DNA from: Cyanophora paradoxa CCMP329
Lineage: Eukaryota > Plantae > Glaucophyta
Reading direction: 5' to 3'
Assembly: GCA_004431415.1 (NCBI GenBank)
Contig: QPMI01000416.1
Span: 62,001 to 126,000 of the forward strand
Length of the DNA: 64,000 nucleotides
Part shown: piece after piece, positions 20,912 to 31,022 of the stretch
Layout: each line of letters opens with the position of its first letter
Numbering within the stretch: the first letter of the stretch is position 1
Position numbers and translations under genes: made by a program
The notes under the pieces: generated by a model
What the model saw: only the letters and a program-made list of their open reading frames with translations
Told to the model about the DNA's origin: nothing
Databases searched by the model: none

Positions 20912-21247
20912 AATAATCTACTTTTAGGCAGCATAAAAATGCGAAAGGGGCGGCTCTGCGTAGAGCTTGATGAGAGCTTCACAGGAAAAAAAAGAGCGCT
21001 CAAAACGGCCAATCTGGTGCCGAGATATTCGCGTTTGAAGTTCCTTAAGTGGCTCTAATTGAAAGTTTTAGAAACATTCTTATAGAGCTCTATAAGGAAA
21101 AAGCCGCCTACTGCTGTACGGTAGGCATGCGGGCTCTACCGGTAGGACAGTAGGCAGGGCCCTACTGTCCTACCGCCGGCGGCCTGTGCCTACCGGTCTG
21201 CGGTAGACACGCGGGCTCGCCTACCACTGCGGTAGGCTGGCTCATAT

Positions 21248-21895
21248 ATATGTATATGATATATATGAAAAAAAACAAGTTTTGGTAAAAACCACAGCGC
21301 CGTGATCGCCATGACGCGGCGAGTCCGAAAAGCTATGATATATATATATATGTCATGTGACATCATAATATATCATATACATATATCATTATGGTATATA
21401 CAAGTCGCTCAAATTGAAGTCTTATAAGGTCTTATAAGAGTTGTTATATAGAATTCTTTTCTAAAATCTTATATGGTCTTATAAGATTTAATGTGCGTAC
21501 TTTAGCTGGTACGCAGGCCAGTGTGCGTACCGTAGCGCAGTACGCAAGCCACTGTGCGTACCGTAGCGCAGTACGCAAGCCAGTGTGCGTACCGTAGCGC
21601 AGTACGCAGGCCACTTTGCGTACCGTAGCGCAGTACGCAGGCCACTTTGCGTACCGTAGCGCAGTACGCAAGCCACTGTGCGTACCGTAGCGCAGTACGC
21701 AGGCCCCTGTGCGTACCGTGGCTCAGTACGCGCGAACGTACATATGTATATGATATATATGAAAAAAAAACAAGTTTTGGTAAAAACTATAGCGCCGTGA
21801 TCGCCATGACGCGGCGATTCCGGAAAGCTATGTTATATATATATGTCATGTGACATCATAATATATCATATACATATATCATTATGGTATATACA
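21248..21895. repeat. Two ~150-bp direct repeats (21248-21402, 21742-21895), each an imperfect palindrome
   Basis: TGTATATGATATATATGA...AAACAAGTTTTGGTAAAAAC...TCATAATATATCATATACA occurs twice. Confidence 0.9.
21492..21732. repeat. Tandem array of a 31-bp palindromic unit (about 7 copies plus 1 degenerate)
   Basis: TGTGCGTACCGTAGCGCAGTACGCA(A/G)GCCAC, with TGCGTAC/GTACGCA inverted inside each unit; no spacers. Confidence 0.95.
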
Positions 21896-22070
21896 TTTGG
21901 TATATGCGAAACTGAAAATATTCGTAGCTCGTCACCAGATCATCGTAAGGCTATGATGTTGGGGTCTATAAATATCTACTTTTTACGAGAATCCAACGGT
22001 GATAGCGGCAAGGAGTGAATCGGTGATGGTGAAAAGGTTGTCTCTGGATGTTTCAATCTGCTTCTCAATT

Positions 22071-22331
22071 TCAATTTGTTCCAAGAGCTGCCCTCTTTTT
22101 TATTTCGAGCAGCTTTTTCATGATATATTTGTCATCTTCTTCCAAGAGAGGATGTTTTTCCTGTGCTGCTCTTGGTCTGTTTTCCAGATCTTCTTTAAGC
22201 TCATGGAGTGTGTGGAGTAAAAATCTCTTTCTTTTGTCATTCTCATCCATCTCATTCACAATTCGCTCTGTCTCTCCATAGCGTTTCTGTAACTTCATTT
22301 CCTGCCTTTTATTACAGCTGTCCATTGACAT
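22071..22331 (-). CDS. Small coiled-coil hypothetical protein
   Basis: 86-aa charged ORF preceded by TTAAAG boxes. Confidence 0.45.
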   Translation of the reverse strand: MSMDSCNKRQEMKLQKRYGETERIVNEMDENDKRKRFLLHTLHELKEDLENRPRAAQEKHPLLEEDDKYIMKKLLEIKKRAALGTN

Positions 22332-22379
22332 CTTGATTCCCTTTAAACAATTATGGTGTTCTATTCTTTAAGTGGTGGG

Positions 22380-22560
22380 AGGGTGAATGGGGTGAATGGC
22401 AGGGTGAATGGGGTGAATGGCAGGGTGAATGGGGTGAACGGGTTATGTGTAAACTTTCTTAGGAAAACCCCCTCTCATGGGGATTTATACATATAACCCG
22501 TTCACCCCGTTCACCCCGTTCACCCCGTTCACCCCGTTCACCCCATTCACCCCATTCATC
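22380..22560. promoter_or_regulatory. Putative origin: inverted arrays of 9-bp GGGGTGAA(C/T) iterons around a ~55-bp spacer
   Basis: Directly downstream of the primase-helicase stop; inverted second copy at 30660-30822. Confidence 0.6.
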
Positions 22561-22621
22561 CACTTAACCACTCTTTCTTAAAAACATAAAATGCTTTTCT
22601 CAGAATATTTACTACTTTCAA

Positions 22622-25083
22622 TCAATCACTGTCACTTTCAATCCCCATCTTTGCCTTGATTCCAACATAATGCCAGAGCCTTACTTTCCCAATCTGTTTC
22701 TTAGGAATCCCATTGATCACAGTCATAGCTGTTCCAAAGGCTGTTTGGCTCATTTCTTTATCCACTCTGGAATACTCTTTGAATAGATCAGCTGCTTTGA
22801 TGACGTCACTGCTGCTGTGGGTGATTTCAAAGTTTGCCTGAAGCCATGTCAGCACTGGGTTGTTTTCAGTGATATATTCCTTGCTGGCCTCTTTGACAGA
22901 TTCAGGCACTGGGATGAAGCCCATGGCGCCCACCTCAGTGGTGTATGTGTCAATGAGCAGCCTCATGAAAGCCTGAGCATATCTCTCATCATCTCTAATT
23001 CTGCCCATCAGGCTGGGGTCTGCCTTCTTTTGGCCTTGAATGGGATTCTCTTTGAACTGGTATTCAAAATGGGACACATGGAGGCGCCTTTGGATGCCTC
23101 CATCCAACTTGGAGAGCTTTGGAATATCATTTGTCAGCAGGAAGGGAATGAATTGAGGAGTGAATGTGATGGGGTTAGCATGTAATAAACGAGCAACAAG
23201 TTTCTCACCTCCAGTGATCTCCTTGATTTTGCCCACCTGAAGCTTGTCACTGGCTTCAGGCTCATTGGAGAAGATGATCCTCACACCCTTTTTGTCAGCC
23301 AGCTCAGGCACAGGGGCGCCAGACCTTGGTTTCCCACTGACCCAGTAGGAGCTGTCAAGGGGATGGGCATAATCACCCAGAGCCTTGAGAACCAACTCTT
23401 GGAGTGTAGATTTGCCATTGGAGCCAGTGCCTGTCCAGATGTGGAAGCGCTGGTCTTTGTTGCCCTTCCCAGAGAGGGCACCTGCCAATGTCCTCACAAG
23501 GAATTTGCCAGTCTCTTGATCTTTGAATGGCTCATATACAATTTTCTTGATTTCTTCCATGACATTCCCATCAATCATAGGGGCATATGGATAGCCACAA
23601 GTCCTACTGACATACTCATCAGCTTTGGCTGGGCGAAAGACCTTATTTTGAAGGTCATAGACTCCATTGGTAAACCCAATCAGCTCCTTAGATTCATCCA
23701 TACTGGCAGCTATTTCAGTGTCAGCAAAGAGAGCCTTTGCTTCCTTGATGATGGAATCTTTGAAACCACACTTAAGGAGCTGCTTGGAAATTTCAAGGCA
23801 TTTCTTGGCATTCTCCTCATACTTTGAGCTTTCATCTGGATCAGCAGCAGCTGAACGAGTGTTTTCCATTGCCTCCTTCATAAAAAGCTTCATGACATCA
23901 GTGGAAAGCACTTTGCGCAGTGTATGGGGTTCCTTTTCAGCTCTCCACAGTCCAGTGAGCTTATTCCTGACATACCAGATGTCTTTTTGATTGGCATCAT
24001 AGCGGAATTGGTCTTTTTGTGTGTGGTACAGGACTTCAGCCACATTGTAATGACCCCCATTTGAAGCAATGGCATTTTAATGGCCTGCTTGAGGTCTCCC
24101 TTATTGGTAAACAGCTGAATATATAGATCCAGATTATCAGCTTTGAGCCAATAGACAAGAGAAGCATATGCCAATGGCTTTACTGAGCTACCTTTTTGGA
24201 AGCTCTGCCAAGCCTTGTCACACGCCTCAGCCCTATACTTGCTGCTCTGTTGGCTGAATTTGTGCCAGATGGCCAGTACTTTGTCTTCAGGCATTTTCTT
24301 GTCTTTCATAGTGCTTGTCAGGGCCAAGCCAACATTAATCCAGTCAGCATAGCCATCAGCTCGTTTTTCACTGAGTCCCATCACAAGCTTTTCCAGCTCA
24401 TCACTGGTGATGATTTCGCTGGAATACTCATTATTTTTGGGCAGCTCCTGGGCAGGCTCCTCCTTCTCTGGAAGAGTGAGCAGGGCCTCCTTGCCAGTGA
24501 GAAGCTGGACAAAGAAATCAGTGTCCTCATGGGATGTTAGCTTGGTGAACACAGTGTCCCAGCAAGGTTCCTCATAGGTGCTGCTCTTGTCAGCAAGAGC
24601 CTTCTCTTTACAGCAACCAAGGCACACAAGCGCCCTGTTGTTGTTGTAAACAGATGGATCATAGTCCTCATGAGGCTTGAGCCCAGCCCCCTCAAGGAAA
24701 ACAGGGAAATCCCTGTAGATGCCATGAAGGGTGGTACATACCATGTGGGCACTCACTTTGTAGCATGGATCCTGTGTGTCTTTTTTGATCAGCAGCCTTG
24801 ATCTGGTGGAGATGGCAATGGTGCTGATGTGGACACCAAGTGCCTTGGCCAGCTTTTCAGCCTTGGAATTGATAAGCTCAAGTCCCTCATCATCAACCTC
24901 ATCAACAGGCAGAACCTGTTCGAAATCAATGTAGAGCTTGGTGAATTTATGGCCACTCAAGTACTCAGCCATGTGCCTGTTGCCTGAAGCAATCCTCTGG
25001 AGTGCCTCAGTGACCCTGATAGTCACAGTGCTGGCTTCGCGACTGCCAATGATGCTTGTTAGGAAGGTGCCAGTGGATGTCAT
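22622..25083 (-). pseudogene. AEP primase-PriCT-2-D5/SF3 helicase, one frameshift near 24050
   Basis: KLYIDFE, SAH, DPSVY (AEP); YADWINVGLAL..WHKFSQQSSKY (PriCT-2); LIGFTNGVYDL, GTGSNGKS, NEPE, KEITGGE (D5 helicase). Confidence 0.9.
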
Positions 25084-25187
25084 TCTACTATAGGATGAGA
25101 AAATAATTTGATGATTCTATAAACACCCTTGTCCTTAAGTAGTTTATAGAATCATTAAATAAAACAATCAATTTTTCGCGACCCCCC

Positions 25188-25379
25188 TCAATACACCACT
25201 GTCCTTGGTCTGCCAACAAGGCACCTCCTTTCATCAAAGAGGTACCTCACACAGGGAAGGGGGTCACCCTTGTAGTATCTGCTCCTTAGACTATTAAGCT
25301 TCATTCTCTCACGGAAAGCAGGATCTTGAGCACGGCGACGAGTCACATAGGCAATTTGAGATGCCGCATGGTATGCCAT
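25188..25379 (-). CDS. Small basic putative DNA-binding protein
   Basis: DPAFRERMKLNSLRSRYY...VGRPRT; resembles 20022-20252. Confidence 0.5.
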   Translation of the reverse strand: MAYHAASQIAYVTRRRAQDPAFRERMKLNSLRSRYYKGDPLPCVRYLFDERRCLVGRPRTVVY

Positions 25380-25434
25380 TTTAGTTCTTGTTCCTCTACA
25401 CTATAGGTAAGATTTTATTCTTTAAATGCTGATT

Positions 25435-26005
25435 CTATTCGGTATTTTGTGCCTCGGGCTTAATCTCATTGAGAGCGGCAAAGTCTCCATAGTGTTCAAT
25501 TGCCGCCTGATTGTAGGCATGAGCGGCTAAGGCTTCATTTTTGTAATACCCAAAGAGAGCCTTTTGTCATTAATTGTAATCTGAGCACACCATTTACCCT
25601 CTCGTTTCTTGAAAGAAACACCTTTATATTGACTGCTTGTATTGCTGCTTTTACTCCTATTCCTATTATTCTCAAAAGGATAGCATACCCTCAGATTACA
25701 CTTCCTGTTGTCCAATTTATCTCTGCTCACATGGTCGACAACCAACCCTTCTTCAGTTCATTTGTCATTATCAATCGATGAGCATACAATACCAACCATT
25801 TCCCTTCATCTCGCTTTACACTTGTCTTAGCATAACCATCCCCATCCAAACACCAGTTATATCTCATCATTGTAGGAGCATCTTCGATATCACATATCAT
25901 ATACTGGCCCCTTCCTTTGGCCCCTCCAAGTGGAACGTAGAAATATTTCATGGAGTCCACGTCGTCAAACTTGGTTTCAACAAAATCCTGATCAAAGGTT
26001 TCCAT
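25435..26005 (-). pseudogene. HNH endonuclease with AP2 domain, two frameshifts
   Basis: YFYVPLGG, AHRLI, VVDHVSRDKLDNRKCNLR, SQYKGVS, AAHAYNQAAIEHYGDFA; homologous to 33774-34484. Confidence 0.85.
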
Positions 26006-26100
26006 TTTTCGTCTACAATAGACACACAAAATAATCTTCCAAATTCTACGCGGCATTTAAAGATTATTTTCGTACCTATATATAAGTACAACCCCCAACC

Positions 26101-29100
26101 ATGCCCCGCCCCAGCCACTACCAAATTAAGGAGCTTCAGGACAAGATTCTTGGGAATCTGGCGTTCCTACTGGCCAACCACTCGATCAGTGAAAGTGAAT
26201 ATGAATCATACATAGGGCAAACCAACAAAAAGCTCAAAGGATTACAAGCACTCAATCGAGAACTATTAGGGAAAATCGACGCCCTTGATGAGACTGATCG
26301 CCTTGGCCAAATCCAAGTCGAACAGACCACCACAACTCAAGTCAGAGGAGATGAATACACAGCTCTAATTAATGAGCATCGCGCTCTAAATAATAAATAC
26401 ATTGATTTCACAATCAGAGCTCAGCACCAGATCCTGACCACCCAAGAATTTATTGACACCTACTCTGAGGAACTCCACACAAGGCTCCAAGATGCCATCA
26501 ATTCCCAGATGTCGATTAAAACTCGCTTTACATTTGTCTGTCGCTTTTCAAAAGCAAACAATTCGAGAGATTTTATTACCAAGCACATTTACAGCACCTA
26601 TGCTATCATGACAAGATCTCGAATCCTCACAAAAGAGACAGCTAAACTTGCCAAGGAATGCCAGTCGCAAATTAATGTCACAGATAGCTACAGATTAGAT
26701 AGCATCCAAGCCCTCAGGGTCATTGTTCTCTCCTTTAAGCCAATCTCAGGAGGTGCTTTTATCCCACTCCCAGAGTGGCTCAAAAATAAACGAGCCATTG
26801 TCAATGTCAACAACAAGGACAATAGATGCTTTGAGTATGCTATCCTTTCTTATATTCACAAGGACGAAGTAAATAGCCACAAGCGTAATGAGACTTCCCA
26901 ATATAGGAGGTGGTTCAAAAAAGAACTAAATTTCGAGGGCATTGACTTTCCTGTAAAGGCAGATGCTGATACTATCGATCTCTTCGAAAATCTCAATCCA
27001 GCAATCTCTGTTAATATTTACGACCCCTCTAACTCTACAGAAGAAATTAATCTACTCCACAACAGCTCCTCAAGGAACAGGAAACACCAAGTGGATCTGC
27101 TGCTAATTACAGACGCAAATGGTAACAGTCATTATACCACAATATTCAGCATGTCCAGACTCTTAGCTAAGAATGATAAGCAGCGACTCCATTTCTGTAA
27201 AACCTGTTCCAACCACTTCAAGACTGAGGAGAAGCTTCAATCCCACAATCAAAGCAAACGTTGTGTGGATTGGAAGACAAGTGCTGGAGAGACTCCAAAA
27301 CAACCCACATTCATTGAATTTGGTCTTAAACATCTCTCAAAGACTGTATTCCTCCCAGTGATTGCCTATTGCTATTTCGATTTTGAAACAGATCAAGAAG
27401 GTATGTTCAAGATCAAATCAATCTCACTGACAGCTCTTCATAATAATAGAGTAGTACTCACTAAAACCCACTCCAGCATCTACGAGCTTTTATCTACACT
27501 CGACAAAGCAGCCCCAGAGCTATTTAAAGCCCTATTTACCAACGTCCCAATGTCACTGACCAAAGAGCAGAAACGTACCCATTACCTTGCTAAAACCTGC
27601 TACATCTGTGAGGGTACGTTTTCCCAAGACAATTATAAAGTCCGCGATCATGACCATCAAACAGGCGATTTTGTAGGCTCAGCCTGTCGCAAATGTAATC
27701 TTCACAGACGCACCAGCAATCTCACCAAGATTCCCATAGTGACCAATGATCTGTCCCTATCTGGAACGCAGATATTCAAGGCAGTCGCCTTAAATCCCGA
27801 AAAAAGGGTGGAAGTCCTCGCGAAATCGTTTGACAACTACATGTCGATCACATGGGGGTGCTTTAAGTTCATTGACATCAAAAACTTTATTGATTATGGT
27901 GTCCAGAACGTGGAAGGATTAATGGAAAAGTTCCAGCTATTTCGCCAGAAATCCCACAAGACCTATGGAATGGATGCTGCCCACTATGTCTCAAGTCCTG
28001 GCCTTTCGTGGGACAGCATGCTATCGATCACCAAGCCCAAAATCGAACTCCTCTCCAACCTTGATATGTACAACATGATTGAAGGCATGATCAGGGGAGG
28101 CCTTTCGATTATGAATCATAAATATGCCAGAGCTGAAAATGACAGCCACATTATCTATTTGGACGCCAATAACCTATATGGATATGCCCTGTCCCAAAAG
28201 CTACCCCTGTCTAATTTCCAATGGCACCCAGAACCCTCAAATTACGACCTGTCATCAGCAGGTGGTGCTGTACTGGAGGTGGACATTCATTATCCCCAGC
28301 ACCTCCATGAACTCCACAAAGAACTGCCTCTTGTCATCAGGAGAACAGAAGATGGGCTACAAGCAGCCTGCCAAGACATTTCCAACTACGTAATATCAAA
28401 ACCATTGCTCCAATTCATGGTAGCACAAGGCTTAAAGGTCACCAAAATCCACAGGGTGCTGACATTTACTCAGGCTGCTTTCATGAAGCCCTACGTCAAA
28501 TCTAATGCCCAAAACCGCAGAGAAGCCGCCTCCAAACCCGAAAAGGACTTCTTTAAAATCATGAACAACAGCCTTTTCGGCAAAACCATTGAGAAAGTGA
28601 GGGAAGGTCGAATGTCAAGATTGCCACCAACGAAAAGCAATTTATGAAATATGCCAGATCCCCACTTCTCAAAGCCGAAACCAGGCTTAGTGATTCAGCA
28701 GTAGCCTTCGAAATGCTACAGAAAGACGTCAAGCTGGACAAGCCCATAGCAATTGGGGCAGTTGTTTTAGATCTTGCCAAGCTACGCCTATTTGATTATT
28801 ATTATAGCACCATCAAGCGCAAGTGGCCAGACTGTAAGCTACTATTTACTGATACGGATTCTTTCTGCCTTTCAATAAATTCCACAACCATCCAACAGGA
28901 TCTACAAGACATTGACACACACCCCACAGAGCTTGGGAAGTTCAAAAATGAGTTTGAGGGCAGAACCATTACAGAATATGCTGGTGTGAGGCCGAAATGC
29001 TACAGCATTAAAACAGATGATGAGGAAATCAAAAAGCTGGCTGGTGTTTGTAAGGAGACCATTCAAACAGATCTGTCTTTCCAAGATTATAAAGACCATG

Positions 29101-29195
29101 TGCTCCACCAAAAACCCAAGCAAATCGAAATGACTGTCCAAAAGAAGCTTGAAAATGAGACCTTCAATGTGAAGATGTCAAAGATTGCTTTCTAA
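26101..29195 (+). pseudogene. polB: Protein-primed family B DNA polymerase (Polinton type), frameshift near 28610
   Basis: YLDANNLYG, KIMNNSLFGKT, LLFTDTDS; Endo VII-like CYIC..DHDH..ACRKCN insert; DNRCF...SHY vOTU-like region. Confidence 0.92.
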
Positions 29196-29206
29196 TCTCA
29201 ATATAG

Positions 29207-30577
29207 ATGTCATCAAAGATCGTACGCAGACAAACAGAATATGATGTGAGTGTACTCCCTATCCCAATCCCTCAAGAAGAGAGAGGGGGGCGCATACAGA
29301 AAAAGAGTGACCTCAAAGCATTAGTTCCAGCAGACATCCCAACAGCAATTGCTGTGCCCCACTTGGATCCCTTAGCAAGGACATTCTATGACACCAAGGT
29401 AGGATTTAAAGGCCTTGCTTCATTGGCCAAAGAGCTTCCAGATGTGCCAAGAAAGACAATCCGTAGATTCTATGATGCCCAAGAAATCAACCAAATAAAT
29501 AAACCCCTCCCATCAGCCAAGAAGACTGCCTATATCCCCATAAGACAGCCACTCGATACATTCGCTATTGATTTAGTCTTCTTTCCCTCATACAGCAAAC
29601 AGAATCAAGGCTACAACACGTTCCTCACAGCTGTAGAAAACACCACCAGACTGGGCTTTATTATTCCAATGAGGGGAAAGACAGCAGAAAGCACATTGAA
29701 CGCATTTAAGGAGCTTGAGCAACAAGTCCCTCGTCCAATTGTGAAGATACAAAGTGATGCTGGGAGCGAATTCCTGAACAAGGTATTTAAAGACCATTTA
29801 GAAACCCAGATGATTGAGCACCAAGTTTCGCAGGTTGGAGATCACAATAGCCAAGGCCGAATAGAGGCCTTTAATCGCACAATAAAGAAGCTAATTAACT
29901 CGTATTGTATAGCGAATAATACTGTAAAGTTTTTCGACAAGCTCCAAGATTTTGCCTACAACTACAATAATACCATCCACTCAGCAACAGGGATGAAACC
30001 AGCAGAGACCACAGAGGTACATGTTCCCCTCATACTCGCAAAAGAAAACGAGAAATTCATGAAGTCAATTGAATATCTAAAGGACTATCCAGCGGGAACC
30101 CACGTGAGAACTAAAATAGAGAAGGGTCCATTCGCCAAGCAGGGCAATAATTGGAGCCGCGAAATATTTACAATAGAAGGAGTGGAGGGGTTCAAGTTTA
30201 GATTGAGGGACATTGCCGGAAAAATGATTGATCGACTTTATGCCCACTACGAATTACAGAAAGTGGAAGCCGTGGAGTTTCTGGAAGCCCCATCAATAAA
30301 TGTCATTGAAGAGGCAAAGAAAGAGGCCAGAACAGAGCGACTGTTGGCCAGAGAGGGGATTGAGAGGGCTCCAAATGTGCCAGATAAACCATTATTGGAG
30401 GACAGAGCAGGGAAGAAGAAGAAACAGGGGAGAGAGTTGGAGAGATTGAGGGTGGCGGGAACAGAGAGATTAGCAGGGGGAGCAGAGGCAGTAAGGTGGT
30501 ATAGAGATTTCTCGAATTCAAAGGAGACCTATGAAGCTCCAGCAATTTCCACGAGATCAAGGAGGAGGGCAGGATGA
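29207..30577 (+). CDS. Retroviral-type (rve, DDE) integrase of Polinton type
   Basis: AIDLVF, QSDAGSEF, RIEAFNRTIK, YNNTIHSATGMKP, NWSREIFTI; consistent with a 6-bp TSD. Confidence 0.95.
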   Translation: MSSKIVRRQTEYDVSVLPIPIPQEERGGRIQKKSDLKALVPADIPTAIAVPHLDPLARTFYDTKVGFKGLASLAKELPDVPRKTIRRFYDAQEINQINKPLPSAKKTAYIPIRQPLDTFAIDLVFFPSYSKQNQGYNTFLTAVENTTRLGFIIPMRGKTAESTLNAFKELEQQVPRPIVKIQSDAGSEFLNKVFKDHLETQMIEHQVSQVGDHNSQGRIEAFNRTIKKLINSYCIANNTVKFFDKLQDFAYNYNNTIHSATGMKPAETTEVHVPLILAKENEKFMKSIEYLKDYPAGTHVRTKIEKGPFAKQGNNWSREIFTIEGVEGFKFRLRDIAGKMIDRLYAHYELQKVEAVEFLEAPSINVIEEAKKEARTERLLAREGIERAPNVPDKPLLEDRAGKKKKQGRELERLRVAGTERLAGGAEAVRWYRDFSNSKETYEAPAISTRSRRRAG

Positions 30578-30596
30578 GACATCTGTAAAGGTTGTT

Positions 30597-30822
30597 AAGG
30601 ATTGTTAAGATTGTTAAGATTGTAAAGGGTGTAAAGGGTGTAAAGGGTGTAAAGGGTGTAAGGGTGAACGGGGTGAACTGGGTGAACGGGGTGAACGGGG
30701 TGAACTGGGTGAACGGGGTGAACGGGGTGAACGGGGTGAACGGGTTGTTTGTATAAATTCCCGTGAGAAGGCATTTTTCCTAAGAAAATATACAAACAAC
30801 CCGTTCACCCCATTCACCCTGC
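30597..30822. repeat. Graded 9-bp tandem repeats plus inverted copy of the 22380-22560 iteron cassette
   Basis: AGATTGTTA > AGGGTGTAA > GGGGTGAAC units, then spacer and GTTCACCCC. Confidence 0.9.
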
Positions 30823-30843
30823 TGATGCCAAACTCATGTGTTC

Positions 30844-31016
30844 AATACCCCAGAGGGGGCCAACATACTGGTGCCCAAAAGACATGATTAATACCCTAAG
30901 ACCTGAAATAAATGCTTACTACCCTAGTACCTGAAACGCGCACACATAGGGATACCCCTGATCCAAGCCTGTAGGCCGAAGGCCGGAGGGCTTGGATCAG
31001 GGGTATCCCTATGTGT
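30844..31016 (-). repeat. Right TIR of inner element, with terminal hairpin 30942-31016
   Basis: Reverse complement of 4763-4935; followed by TSD CTGATG at 31017-31022. Confidence 0.95.
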
Positions 31017-31022
31017 CTGATG

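Larger units (their letters stand above)
4763..31016. mobile_element. Complete inner Polinton-like virus / Maverick-type element (~26.25 kb)
   Basis: 173-bp TIRs, 6-bp TSD, rve integrase, pPolB, primase-helicase, MCP, pentons, ATPase. Confidence 0.95.

Noticed and set aside
21492-21732. CRISPR array (31-bp palindromic repeats)
   Set aside because: Units are directly adjacent, with no unique spacers and no cas genes
30595-30817. PVH/SPR-repeat ORFs (also the ORFs at 21444-21853)
   Set aside because: Translations of non-coding tandem repeats
30992-31022. Start of the 125-aa ORF MDQGYPYVSD
   Set aside because: The first codons come from the TIR; the true 5' end is at 4210
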